A DNA stretch of 64,000 bases from a virus. Positions 20,601 through 28,894 of this stretch are shown here, one piece after another. The position numbers were made by a program, and so were the translations under genes. Within the stretch, counting starts at the first letter, position 1. Each line of letters starts with the position of its first letter. A model generated the notes under the pieces. That model saw nothing but the letters and a program-made list of their open reading frames with translations. It did not search any database and had not been told where the DNA came from. The DNA lies in the IMG/VR virus record IMGVR_UViG_3300025137_000026, positions 1-64,000 of that record. One strand, given 5' to 3'.

Positions 20601-23600
20601 GTTGGCAGTTAAATGCAGAAAATGTATCTAATATTAGGTATACATGGTGGAGCAATACGACATCTAGCTTCCAGGTTTTTTGGAAGGATGTTATTGTTCC
20701 CCAGCTTATCGAAAAGGGTTATGACTCAATAAAGTATAGAGATGACAACCATGATACTATAGGAATCTTTGACGCCGAGAATGCTACAGAGATTTCACCT
20801 GAGTTACAACAGATGGAATCGGCTGGCTCTATAGATGACTCTGCTAGTGTCGCACAGGGCACTCTCCGCGCTCACATGGCATCACTCAAGGACTTTGGCT
20901 CAGTAGTTAAGGGTGCATTAGCTGACCTAGGTGAAGGGCTAGCTATGACACCTGAGAGAATGAAGGAGTTTATAACTATTGAAGGTAGAACAACTCCTGA
21001 TGTTCTTGCTAAGATACTGGGTAAAAAAGCGAAAGTACTCGCAGAAGAGGCACAACAGCAACTCGCTGAGGCAACTAGTCCAGACATAAAAGCCCTAGTA
21101 GACACAGCAGAGAACATAAACGACTTAGAGACAAGAGCCAACAAAGACACAGGCGCACGTAACCTATATAACTTGTTAACAGGAGCAAAGGAATCAGTCC
21201 AAAAGTTATACAGCGAAATAAAGCATAGTAAGGACACAGCCTTAAAAACCATAGAAGAGAAGAAGGCTCGTATGGAAGCAATGACTAAGCCTAAGTCTAT
21301 GTTTGATGCCCAAAAGACTCAGGCAGTATTTGCAAATTACTTCAAGAAGGCACTTTTCAATAAAACAGAAAAAGGTGAGTACTCTAATGCCCAAGCCTTT
21401 GAGGTTGCAATGGGACTGAAGCCTACACCTATTACACTCCTTAGGGAACTTAAGATAAGCGAGCAGAAGTTATATGAGTTGATGGACAGACTAGCAGAGG
21501 CACAAGATGCCAAGGACTTTCTTGAGTTAAAGACAGCTAAAGAGATATTCGACCTAATGGATATCAAGGCAGCAGATGTTGGGATAAAGAACCCCGACCT
21601 CGACCAAGCTGTTCAAGCTGCAATAGCACTCATGCTAGGTAGTGATCAGAAGAATGATGTACCACGTAGTGCATTTACCGTTCGTATGAGGTTAGCCCCA
21701 GGGCGAATTGCTGGAACTTCAGTAGAAGAAGCTGTCCAACTTATTAAAGCTGCATCCATGGGGCGTCCAACACCTGATGTTAAGGACAAGTCAATGATGT
21801 CTATCCTTAAGAATGTTCGTAAGTTGAGAGAGGAGATAGACTCCATAGAGGATGACTTAAAGAAAACACTAGAGGAGGAGAAGGTAGCTGAGAAGTTTAT
21901 AGAAGCTTACAATGACCGGATTGATGACCTAGATGAGTATTTTGATAGTACTGCGCCAGTTGAAATACATGAGGGAGCTAAGTACGAGATTCTAAGAATG
22001 GATGGAAGTGGCAAGATGATCAGTGAGATGCTTACCTTTTCTTTAGGTAAAGGGGAAAGCTCTAATGAAGCCAAGATGATGGCAGCCCGAGCTTCTGAGT
22101 TATTTAAGATAATGGATACTCAGGAGTATAAGGATCAGTATGAAGGTAAAGCCAAGGATCGTTACTTCAAGCAACTTGCTAAGGAATTAAGAAAACCTAA
22201 CTTTGGAATCCAATACACTTCTTCACATGCTGGATTCTTACACGCAGCTGCATCTGCACTACAAGAGAGATTTGCTAGGCTTGGCCCTCCAGGTAAAGCT
22301 ATTGCCACGGTGCTAAATGAATACACTCGAGATTACCAATCAGAAGCAGGTAAAATATTTGGTCAGGGCAGGAGGGTTTCTCAGGCAATGCAAAGACTGC
22401 ATCGTGAGATGTCTGCTAGTCACGAGAACTTAAATCAATTCATGAAGGGTTTTGGATCGAAGTTGTTTGATTGGTTCAATGAACGACCCGACCTACAAGG
22501 ACAAGAAGAGTTAGCTATCAATAAGGTATGGAAGGAGCTTAAGGAATTAGACCCAACTAGGGAGTATACTGAGGATGGAAGAAAAGCTCTTCGTGCATAC
22601 CTTAAGCAATGGAGTATACAAAATGAGAACTTTCAAAGGCTCTATAAAAAGTACGATATTTCGGTCTTAGATGAAGATGTTGAAAGAGAAAGATTAGCAG
22701 GTGGTACTCCAGATGCACTCTATCGTAGATTTGTTGACCAAGGTGTATTCACAACACCTAGAAGGTTGAACATGGATAAGATAGGTGCAGTTGTTAAACT
22801 ACTTAAAGTTGATGTAGCAGATAACTTCCAGTTTGAGTCATCCTTATTTGAGGAAATCTTTGAGGGTATGGGAGAGGCTGAGCAAGAAGGGTCTGATGCG
22901 ACTGAGAGTTTTACCCAGTCAATGGGCAAGCTAATCGATACGGAGCTTTCAAATTTATTCTTCAAGCCTTTATTTATGGGCAAGTCAGCCCACACTACAC
23001 CCTTTAGCCTGACAGCAGACAAGGATGAAGGTAAGAGTGTGCGTATACTCCTCCCTGAGGAGCTAGAAAGGGCTTGGAGGAATGCCGAAGGTAAGAACCC
23101 TGGTATTAGGGTTGCCAATGCCATACTAAACCTTACTAAAAATCTACCTGATGCAGACCAAACCACTCTTAAGAGTTTACTTGGTCAATTCGCACATCGT
23201 GCAAACGCACTTATAAGTGCAGAGCAAGAAGCTCGTGATGAGCTAAGGGATATTAGTGAGGAAGTCAGTGGACTAACCACAATGATGCAAGGCTCAAGAA
23301 TGCACTCCTCGATTCACTCTCGTACATTATATAATATCCTCCCTGGGGAGTTCTTTGAATATGAGATGTATGATGAGACTTCTTCTGGTCAGTACCTTTC
23401 CAAGATTATGATGACTGCCAAGTTTGGTAGAAACGGAGAGAAGATTACAGGGAACTATCAAGCAATCCTAGATAACTACAGTGGGTCTTATCGCAAGTAT
23501 CGAGCCTACATGGGTGAACTTGGTATCCAGCCTAGAGAAGGAGCTATGCCAAGCAGAGGTAACAGGATTTGGAACAATAGCGTTAAGAAAAAGATGACTG

Positions 23601-25681
23601 CCCTCATGGCAAGCAAGGGTGAATCGATGAGCTTCGATCAACTCGACCTTGAGTCTAGAAATTACATTGATGCGAAGAATGCTATGGCTGCAGCAAGTGC
23701 TGCCTTTACTGCGAGAAGCTCAAATAACCAAGATATAGGTTTGGGGCTAGAGGTCTTGCGCACATTAGCATTTGGAATGGTAAATACAATGAAAGGTGCA
23801 TGGACAGGTACAATGTCTATCCCTGATATTGGAAAAGCACTTGGATTGAATGCCACAATGCTAAGAACGGTAGGTGGAGCTTATGTAAACCTTGCAAAAG
23901 AGATGGCTGGTAGCTTACTGGAAAGCTTTGGCATAGAGATGCTCAGAGCAGACAAGTATGCATCAGACTTGAACGATGTATTTAGTAGAGAAGCCGGAAT
24001 GTCCACTTTTAGTGAGAATATCACTGAGGTAGGGAAGGAGGGTAGCTTATCGGGTATGCAACTTGGACTTCGTAAGCTAAAGAACTCCGTAAATGCTATT
24101 TCTATGATTGGTGCAGGGCAAAGAAAGAAGACCAGTGGGAATTATGTCCCAGCATCCTTACTTACTCCCTTAACTGCACCCTTTACTTACCTTGCTCAAG
24201 CAACCAACAAGTCAATAGCCCTGTCTATGGCAAATACAATTGAGCGTTTTGTAATACAAGCTGCACACGCTCTAGATGCCAAGGGAGTTACCCTAGATAA
24301 CAACACTTTTGAGATAAAGCCAAGTGACTTAGGTTATGAGGATAGTAAACTAGATGGCTATATTTTTGGTAACATAGCTATGGTGGAGAAGCTCAATGAA
24401 AGACTTGTCTCAGAGGGTATGTCTATAACTCAGCTAGCTCAAGATTACAGAAGGCGGACTGCTAATGACCCTGATGCAAAAGCCTTAACCAGAGATGCAG
24501 TTTTAGCCTCTTACAATATAGCTATGTCTGAGGTAACTTATGATACTATGTCTGGTAAAGGTTCTTGGACACAGAGTGGTGGAGGTCAGTTCCTTTCCCC
24601 ACTCGTTGGATGGTCAGTTTCTTCTTATAACAAGAGTATCAATCAAATGAGAAATAAGGAGGGTAGGCTAGCAATGAGGGAAAGCATTAGGTATATGCTT
24701 TTGACTTCTGCATGGCTATTACCTGCTGGTATTGCTTTTACTCTCTTTACTGATTGGTGGGACGAGGAGATACTGGGTAAACCAAGCTCACTTCGCAAAG
24801 TACCTTACAAGGCTGGGCTTCCTATCATGGGATTACCTTTGGCTATGACTGACCCTAGGTTTGATGCAATCTCTTTGATGGAAAGGGCAGGTCGAGCAAA
24901 CAATATCATGGGTATAGCTCAAGAGTTTGTGTCACCCTTACTTATCGGGCAACTTGACCCATCATCAATGGCAGGTCGATTTGACCCGACTAGGAGAGTG
25001 CTAGCAATATCTACACTAATGAACACCGTTGGTGCAGCTACCAATTACTTGAATGCAATCAGGACCAGTAATAAGGAAGCTGATGATTTCGTGCCGGATT
25101 ACTCTACAGTTGTTAGACCATTAATGTATGCCATGGGATTGAATGCAGTTGTACAGAATGCACAGATGGCAACTCACTTAACCGATATAGAAGAACTTGA
25201 CCCGACTGGATTCCTTTCAACGGAGAGAAGAGTAGCCGATATAACAGGCATGAGGAACTCCCTCAGAACATACTCTAAAGTTATGGGCATGGAGATGCGC
25301 AAGGGTGGATTCATGACCTATACTGCCACTGCTATGGGTAATGCCCTTAAGCGAATGGAGCGGGCAGCATACGCAAATGATAAGGAAGAGTTTAAGGAGG
25401 CATATAGAAAGGCAGTATCTTTATCTGAGTCAGAAGACCCAAGGAAGGATGTTATAGATAAATTCAAGAGACGGCATCTTCGTCAGGGAATTACTCGTTA
25501 CGCTTTAACTGACCGTGACTTGCAGGCTATATTAAGTGTACTGAGTGACGGAAGAAGAGATAAGCTAACAGACTCTATGAGGAATCATGAATTTTACTTA
25601 AGAGGTATAGGGGGCAAGCCTACTGAGTCTAGAGGTAAAGCATCAAATTACTCAGAGGAACTGAGACGTCTCGCACTATGA
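14633..25681 (+). CDS. Giant internal virion / large polyvalent protein with zincin-like and ADP-ribosyltransferase-like domains
   Basis: 3682 aa; Gly/Ala-rich N-terminus (GGEGITEALQE); EEVAH...HEFWAN; YYRGDS..FT....A.GYA..LNVKNTL..GYDSI..IFD; hydrophobic C-terminal segments. Confidence 0.75.
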   Translation: MPSVAVSSYREFLRNNGQVDKADNYSDGDLALELKQQIEQRGWNIEEFAAGRGDTELVPLIKEAYGANKTYSGILDAPAQQYYTKKQGFKQGAAAGLGAIGMDETERDLMRSAQRDARKGARAGREIFDDYTLIDSFEDLLKYVGQGATRSIVDIVPSMVTAVAGRGVGSKIQKTLEKTDKLSDLKKKAEKYLGEDYGAKAGMGAGALGSSALENTGHVYGDLYEYTKLDPTDKDYLSPAEARALSMFAGGVSGALDSALPVFLLGKLSKSIGKDAAQQEVGKLFKSLPDGMVFLAQGAGGEGITEALQEVVQMATVKYHTGEEWNQKDWERMINGGLLGAIGGGTVTAATGGVARLLQPGQPNEDAELSDAPLEQSTQERIDIRNRFEEKKLNKLTEEGLGTLVTQRGSKRSARVLSVDNKAKVAVVEYANGNTEKINVTELTILEGKTKLIKPEDLKAMSDERLEDLKALKPAMVQDIEAEQESRKEEVDDDTIQTQTTQLEVKATKDGQLIVNDLSSRERVYSATFREEDGVLYIENEAVDAPTDQRKQQSQDILYRQARKKAQDEGLILSLGGKVEFPVPSFDAMDFGDMYTEFAKAIQVINSLEDGSDAQNAVVDAYRPLMQRMHTEGLLETDGGASHRMLDSVETKKNNSAFLKNNPVLARTLGHQIFTDIEAEIENYVDTLSQEQINEGQIQKDAKAIADLYVEEIDGLSTTDALTLARAATKKFAEQHLQDGQWKTETNFDIQTREDEKKAEENKRLQTAKDNFDEHEPEVGKFVRLDKDDKTKFVRITSVDPDTNSFKTEETGDNSVSASAIIKIDTRRGLRIGDFNAIQKQDGSITTKLTVYGNDTENKKGRQGVELSVTEDGKVTHVKYGEKTIAIDEDKNLTLESDNLKSEIGNLVLEEKKVKTPRTKTIFIAPGIAKKGDKILIKPIKIAKSNGAKGGFEVKPLLDTNGEVEGFTEGEDVFAFDKPVQPSEWIEAARSKLAGEGKFKTIPTLTAEEKKARAEAEANPSNVLSFFSRQKKKLIPSTEIIEIPEGGIKDFDTANKFINSIDLGKSGSTTSKKALVLRYFKEGETENPVYLVRTITAPTDADGNKGRTIVGMTTHASGKNKSKRKITPLSSTKGGLDLTDENFQEHFDDDTDLARLEIVELLSFSEEARVEANFESEEAYKQAIEQTTDYEFIRSKTTKEVQDFVKQGSDRAKRIESLVMDGDKFNPLLNIYGPDINAGVLSDLKKDIKDRASKSSDKDIKELGKKISKSEQIRIVDLDAFITHIQVGDKGEVTHGLDVLTPKEGYYNQVKEALENYRTKDGKVQKSESKKKASAQGGATNVDQVSESGMQGESSIQGLSPVDILALKENIESREKDEEETPEVEEEEPWHDPMDLQQDGRVFYPNGDRAESPVHKVNINGKDTYVTSVIEMDGSKTWYRYGDKDGNNGKVYAPASDYPVQAGTKKELIQELEKEEAPVKESDELTDTERLFKDESFNLDGLSSPDFKSSDTSEGSATNEVNEEAVEFAEGILTAKGISEADKERLKDKIALHKDGAGVDGNSLYATAMDVFNNTESNKLLESVGEIAHTEAALEGEIQRHIDEPKNPRLKKNPLSQELQQENEQAVTGFLDGMKVDGEPVRLSALINRMIQGMDGSTELSGAILDMAQTLLAHPFAKKLKVEFRSWDNFKHGIQNDGNNGKLTRAYVRGDTIVMGPSFKLQADSDLNAMESLQITFMEEVAHRVLGTAVEAGIQAKRKGKLPRGVAKIMSLKQATKFYDETKELMDWLRTKTDGKYYHGLLNQHEFWANFATNPEFRKFLNQPMPQQMRRKFNSRFERVIDWILDLASKLFDVDFTLNRTASTEIRKRYRTLLRTSDKMAANDIDLMSQSQNKLYYRGDSANRTDSNGLIVFTENEFDAQGYAAQGMADEDASDVELEEMADKAEANTQAFNLNVKNTLDLTKGVEGWKVLQSLDDKGDRNVGNILNKGWQLNAENVSNIRYTWWSNTTSSFQVFWKDVIVPQLIEKGYDSIKYRDDNHDTIGIFDAENATEISPELQQMESAGSIDDSASVAQGTLRAHMASLKDFGSVVKGALADLGEGLAMTPERMKEFITIEGRTTPDVLAKILGKKAKVLAEEAQQQLAEATSPDIKALVDTAENINDLETRANKDTGARNLYNLLTGAKESVQKLYSEIKHSKDTALKTIEEKKARMEAMTKPKSMFDAQKTQAVFANYFKKALFNKTEKGEYSNAQAFEVAMGLKPTPITLLRELKISEQKLYELMDRLAEAQDAKDFLELKTAKEIFDLMDIKAADVGIKNPDLDQAVQAAIALMLGSDQKNDVPRSAFTVRMRLAPGRIAGTSVEEAVQLIKAASMGRPTPDVKDKSMMSILKNVRKLREEIDSIEDDLKKTLEEEKVAEKFIEAYNDRIDDLDEYFDSTAPVEIHEGAKYEILRMDGSGKMISEMLTFSLGKGESSNEAKMMAARASELFKIMDTQEYKDQYEGKAKDRYFKQLAKELRKPNFGIQYTSSHAGFLHAAASALQERFARLGPPGKAIATVLNEYTRDYQSEAGKIFGQGRRVSQAMQRLHREMSASHENLNQFMKGFGSKLFDWFNERPDLQGQEELAINKVWKELKELDPTREYTEDGRKALRAYLKQWSIQNENFQRLYKKYDISVLDEDVERERLAGGTPDALYRRFVDQGVFTTPRRLNMDKIGAVVKLLKVDVADNFQFESSLFEEIFEGMGEAEQEGSDATESFTQSMGKLIDTELSNLFFKPLFMGKSAHTTPFSLTADKDEGKSVRILLPEELERAWRNAEGKNPGIRVANAILNLTKNLPDADQTTLKSLLGQFAHRANALISAEQEARDELRDISEEVSGLTTMMQGSRMHSSIHSRTLYNILPGEFFEYEMYDETSSGQYLSKIMMTAKFGRNGEKITGNYQAILDNYSGSYRKYRAYMGELGIQPREGAMPSRGNRIWNNSVKKKMTALMASKGESMSFDQLDLESRNYIDAKNAMAAASAAFTARSSNNQDIGLGLEVLRTLAFGMVNTMKGAWTGTMSIPDIGKALGLNATMLRTVGGAYVNLAKEMAGSLLESFGIEMLRADKYASDLNDVFSREAGMSTFSENITEVGKEGSLSGMQLGLRKLKNSVNAISMIGAGQRKKTSGNYVPASLLTPLTAPFTYLAQATNKSIALSMANTIERFVIQAAHALDAKGVTLDNNTFEIKPSDLGYEDSKLDGYIFGNIAMVEKLNERLVSEGMSITQLAQDYRRRTANDPDAKALTRDAVLASYNIAMSEVTYDTMSGKGSWTQSGGGQFLSPLVGWSVSSYNKSINQMRNKEGRLAMRESIRYMLLTSAWLLPAGIAFTLFTDWWDEEILGKPSSLRKVPYKAGLPIMGLPLAMTDPRFDAISLMERAGRANNIMGIAQEFVSPLLIGQLDPSSMAGRFDPTRRVLAISTLMNTVGAATNYLNAIRTSNKEADDFVPDYSTVVRPLMYAMGLNAVVQNAQMATHLTDIEELDPTGFLSTERRVADITGMRNSLRTYSKVMGMEMRKGGFMTYTATAMGNALKRMERAAYANDKEEFKEAYRKAVSLSESEDPRKDVIDKFKRRHLRQGITRYALTDRDLQAILSVLSDGRRDKLTDSMRNHEFYLRGIGGKPTESRGKASNYSEELRRLAL

Positions 25682-26091
25682 GCAAAAATAAAAGGGCCGG
25701 TACTTTATATGAAACAATGTTTATCACGGATGCTCTTACTCATGGACTTGATGTATCAACCACAATCGGGGACTACTCTCAGTACGATTGCATTGTAGAT
25801 AATGGAGGGAGTCTTACTCGCATACAAGTTAAGGGAACTCAGTATAGGCAATCAAAAACTGGCTACAGTATAACAGTTGGAATGGGTGCTAGAACTTCAG
25901 AGAAGAATCATTATGCAAAAAATGCATTTGATGTGCTAGCAGCATTGGTAATTAGTGGAGGTGAAAGATTTTGGTATTTGATACCCAAGAAGGCAATCGG
26001 GAATCGAATAAGTATCAAGCTGTTTCCTAACCCAGAAAGCGAGGGAATGTGGGAGAAATACAGACATGGCTGGAATTTGATTTGCTCATAG
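25678..26091 (+). CDS. PD-(D/E)XK endonuclease (group I intron-associated PDDEXK_5-like)
   Basis: G.LYE..F...YDCIVD...RIQVKG...Y....FDVLA...WYLIP. Confidence 0.8.
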   Translation: MSKNKRAGTLYETMFITDALTHGLDVSTTIGDYSQYDCIVDNGGSLTRIQVKGTQYRQSKTGYSITVGMGARTSEKNHYAKNAFDVLAALVISGGERFWYLIPKKAIGNRISIKLFPNPESEGMWEKYRHGWNLICS

Positions 26092-26112
26092 TAACCTAAA
26101 GTATTAGGTTAC
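26091..26112. promoter_or_regulatory. Perfect palindrome GTAACCTAA-N4-TTAGGTTAC
   Basis: 9-4-9 inverted repeat upstream of the basic microprotein cluster. Confidence 0.75.
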
Positions 26113-26268
26113 ATATATGGCTATCCCTAATAATTGTAAGAGAAGAGATTTAAGCATCAATAAACCCAAGAGGAAAATAACCAATGGTAAGAAGAAAACC
26201 TAAGAAGTGTTGCTGTCAGAAAAAGGCAGATAAAACTAAGTTAAAACTTAACAAGCACATAAAGCGTC

Positions 26269-26517
26269 GTGGCAAGAAAGCCTAGAATTTATAAGAAGGG
26301 TGCTAAGGACTCTGAGTACGATAGGTACAATGGTAAGCCTGAGCAAATAAAGCGTCGTGCGCAGAGGAATAAGGCTAGGAAGAAAGCCGGATGTAAGAAA
26401 GGGCAAGAGGCTCACCATGTGAAGGGCAAGCGTACAGGAAACCTTACTGGTCCTGTGAAATGTATTAGCAAGAAGAAGAATCGCTCAATGCAACCCAAGA
26501 GAGGGAAGAAGAAATGA
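26269..26517 (+). CDS. Small basic HNH-like protein
   Basis: KRRAQRNKAR...AHHVKG...ISKKKNRS resembles short phage HNH-type proteins. Confidence 0.6.
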   Translation: MARKPRIYKKGAKDSEYDRYNGKPEQIKRRAQRNKARKKAGCKKGQEAHHVKGKRTGNLTGPVKCISKKKNRSMQPKRGKKK

Positions 26518-26723
26518 GCAAAATGGAATACCATGAGCAGGTTGATGCTTTTTCCATAGAGCTAGAGAATCTAATTAGTAGATTCCAGAACGAATTTGAT
26601 CTGACTTTAGAGACAATGATTGGATGCCTTGAGTGTACTAAATCAATATTATCACAACCTATGATCATAGATATGGGTTCAGAAATTTTAGAGGAAGATG
26701 GCGAAGAAGAAACAGAAGTCTAA
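26514..26723 (+). CDS. Small acidic hypothetical protein
   Basis: 69 aa, overlap-coupled; LENLISRFQNEFDL..IGCLE. Confidence 0.7.
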   Translation: MSKMEYHEQVDAFSIELENLISRFQNEFDLTLETMIGCLECTKSILSQPMIIDMGSEILEEDGEEETEV

Positions 26724-26859
26724 GAAAGACGCTTGCTACCATAAGGTTAAGAAGCGCTACACTAAGTGGCCTAGTGCATATGCATCAGGTGCATTAGTTA
26801 AATGCCGAAAGTCAGGAGCTAAGAACTGGGGGAACAAGTCCAAGAAGAAAAAGAAGTAA
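26698..26859 (+). CDS. Small basic protein (53 aa, not in ORF track)
   Basis: MAKKKQKSKKDACYHKVKKRYTKWPSAYASGALVKCRKSGAKNWGNKSKKKKK; KDACY/WPSAYASG motif is familiar from marine phages. Confidence 0.8.
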   Translation: MAKKKQKSKKDACYHKVKKRYTKWPSAYASGALVKCRKSGAKNWGNKSKKKKK

Positions 26860-27086
26860 TGGCTAAAGAGGGATTAAAGAAATGGTTCTCTAGAAATGGG
26901 GGCAAGGGATGGATAGATTGTCGCACTGGAAAGCCTTGTGGAAGGAAGTCAGCAAAGAAAGGGAAAAGTAAAAGACCATACCCAGCATGTAGACCAACTA
27001 AGTCCCAATGTAACTCTAGCATGAAGAAGAAGACTGGACCTAAAAGAATTTCGTGGAAGAAAAAAACTAAAAAACGAGGAAAATAA
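26859..27086 (+). CDS. Small basic Cys-containing protein
   Basis: GLKKWF...WID..TGKPCGR...YPACRP motif familiar from marine phages; TAATG coupling. Confidence 0.8.
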   Translation: MAKEGLKKWFSRNGGKGWIDCRTGKPCGRKSAKKGKSKRPYPACRPTKSQCNSSMKKKTGPKRISWKKKTKKRGK

Positions 27087-27087
27087 A

Positions 27088-27219
27088 ATGCCAAATATAA
27101 ATGGGAAAAAATTCCCTTACACTAAAAAAGGAAAAGCCGCTGCTAAAGCATATAAAGCAAAGAAACCTGCCGGAAAGAAACCTATGGGGAAGAAGCCTAT
27201 GGGAAGAAAGAAGTACTAA
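27088..27219 (+). CDS. Small basic protein (43 aa, not in ORF track)
   Basis: MPNINGKKFPYTKKGKAAAKAYKAKKPAGKKPMGKKPMGRKKY. Confidence 0.75.
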   Translation: MPNINGKKFPYTKKGKAAAKAYKAKKPAGKKPMGKKPMGRKKY

Positions 27220-27470
27220 TGCCAGCTAAGAAGAAAGCTTGTAAGCCCACGAAGGGTAAGCGCTTTGCTAAGAGAGTAAAGGGCAAGTGTCGTTCTTTCG
27301 GGCAGAAGGGTCAAGCCAAGGGTGGGGGTGACCGAATACGTCCTGGGACAAAGAAGGGTGATGCCTATTGCGCACGTTCTGCTGGTATAAAGAAATGCAA
27401 GAAGCCTCCCTGTGCTAATGCACTCTCGAGAAAGAAATGGAAATGTAGAGGCAAGAAATCAATGAAATGA
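27219..27470 (+). CDS. Small basic protein (SFG..G...YCARS...WKC family)
   Basis: RSFGQKG...GTKKGDAYCARS...SRKKWKC. Confidence 0.8.
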   Translation: MPAKKKACKPTKGKRFAKRVKGKCRSFGQKGQAKGGGDRIRPGTKKGDAYCARSAGIKKCKKPPCANALSRKKWKCRGKKSMK

Positions 27471-27601
27471 AGAAGACAAGAACTCAAGTTAATAACATCA
27501 AGGAAAAGAATAAGTGCGGTATTAAAGCTAAGAATTCATTCAAGGCAGGAATGAGCATTGGGCGAAATATGAAAAAGCCTAAAGGTAAAAAGAAGAAATG
27601 A
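27467..27601 (+). CDS. Small basic protein (44 aa, not in ORF track)
   Basis: MKKTRTQVNNIKEKNKCGIKAKNSFKAGMSIGRNMKKPKGKKKK; ATGA overlaps on both sides. Confidence 0.6.
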   Translation: MKKTRTQVNNIKEKNKCGIKAKNSFKAGMSIGRNMKKPKGKKKK

Positions 27602-27819
27602 TTGACTCTCCTTTCGTCTTACTTGGCATTGGTGCTGCTGTATCTGTGCTTGGATTCTTTATTAAGAGGATGAAGGAGGAGATAGATGTGCTTAAATCTA
27701 AGAACACTAGGCTTGAGATTAATCAGGCAAGAAACTACGAGAAGATAATTAACCTAGAGAAGGTAACTGAAGACCGAAGGGAAGATATAAAGCGTTTATT
27801 TGATGTACTGGGCAAGTAG
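27598..27819 (+). CDS. Small membrane-anchored coiled-coil protein (holin/lysis-accessory candidate)
   Basis: One N-terminal TM helix plus coiled coil; last gene of the late operon. Confidence 0.5.
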   Translation: MIDSPFVLLGIGAAVSVLGFFIKRMKEEIDVLKSKNTRLEINQARNYEKIINLEKVTEDRREDIKRLFDVLGK

Positions 27820-28860
27820 TTACTTGTGTACATATCCTTCGGTAGTCTTGGTATTAGAATGACCTACAGCCTTACCAATCTCCTCTAAGCTAAGTCCTTG
27901 CTTCTCTAGTCTAGTGATACATGAGTGCCTCAGGGAGTGAAAGCTACGACCTACTATATTTAGCCTTTCGCAGAATCTAGAAAAGTAAACACTAGCCTTT
28001 GATCTTTTCTTAGGATCAGTAGTATCTTTATGCCATTCAGGAAAGCAGTAGATTTCATCTTCTACATCTATTTCGGATAGAACTTTTTTAAGGATTCCTC
28101 CACCAAAGTTTTCATTTGTGGTATCAATTGATACCATTTTATCACGCTTTTCTGTCCATACTACCATTCGGTTTCTATCCTTTATACTAGCCCACTCCAA
28201 GCTAGCAATGTCACCAAGCCTAAGACCAGTCCAATAAGATATTGCGATTGCCTGTCTAAAGAAATACGGAGCATGCTTGATCATCTTATCGACCTCTGCT
28301 TCCTTGAAGACTCTCTTCTTCTTGGGTGTTTTTTGATTATGAAGTAATTTAGATTTATCTATCTTGATGAACATTATTGGGTTAGTAATAACATACATCT
28401 TTATCTGTGCGAAGTTCCACAACTGATTAAGACTAGACCTGCGTAGCGCTCGATTACCCAAGCTTGTACCATCATCAGCATTAATGAAATTAAAGATATT
28501 GCTTTCATTGATCATAGCCATTGGTTTATCATTAAGCTTATAATCACGACCGAATTGATCGTATATTGACATCATGGTGTAGATCGAATTATCGGAGTTA
28601 GCCGAAAGCCTCATGTGCTGTTCATACTCTTTCAACACATCTTTATACTTCATTGACTTACTGCCAATTATTTTAGTTATTACATCGGAGGATAGAACAC
28701 CTATCTTCCCAGCATTCTCTAGCTCTTCGATCTTTAAGTCTTTAATTAATTGCCTAGCTTCTTTTTTATCTTTAGTCCTCAGATTAGTTGATCTTTGTGA
28801 GCCATTCACATCTCGGAAACGCACTGAATAGTTCCCACTCTCACTCTTTATTAATTTCAT
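27820..28860 (-). CDS. Tyrosine recombinase #1 (no adjacent att site)
   Basis: Catalytic set intact: TGLRLGD, EKR, FHSLRHS, VGHS, EGY. Confidence 0.92.
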   Translation of the reverse strand: MKLIKSESGNYSVRFRDVNGSQRSTNLRTKDKKEARQLIKDLKIEELENAGKIGVLSSDVITKIIGSKSMKYKDVLKEYEQHMRLSANSDNSIYTMMSIYDQFGRDYKLNDKPMAMINESNIFNFINADDGTSLGNRALRRSSLNQLWNFAQIKMYVITNPIMFIKIDKSKLLHNQKTPKKKRVFKEAEVDKMIKHAPYFFRQAIAISYWTGLRLGDIASLEWASIKDRNRMVVWTEKRDKMVSIDTTNENFGGGILKKVLSEIDVEDEIYCFPEWHKDTTDPKKRSKASVYFSRFCERLNIVGRSFHSLRHSCITRLEKQGLSLEEIGKAVGHSNTKTTEGYVHK

Positions 28861-28894
28861 TTTGTTACACTTCTATTAATTAGGTTACACTTAA

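Noticed and set aside
14633-25681. Antisense and alternate-frame ORFs inside the giant gene and other long genes
   Set aside because: Ser/Leu/Phe-rich shadows of the coding strand with no motifs, unlike the MTase beta frame
14633-25681. Virion RNA polymerase (N4- or crAss-like)
   Set aside because: No recognisable DxDxD/DFDID or T7-type polymerase motifs were seen; a structure search would be needed to exclude it fully
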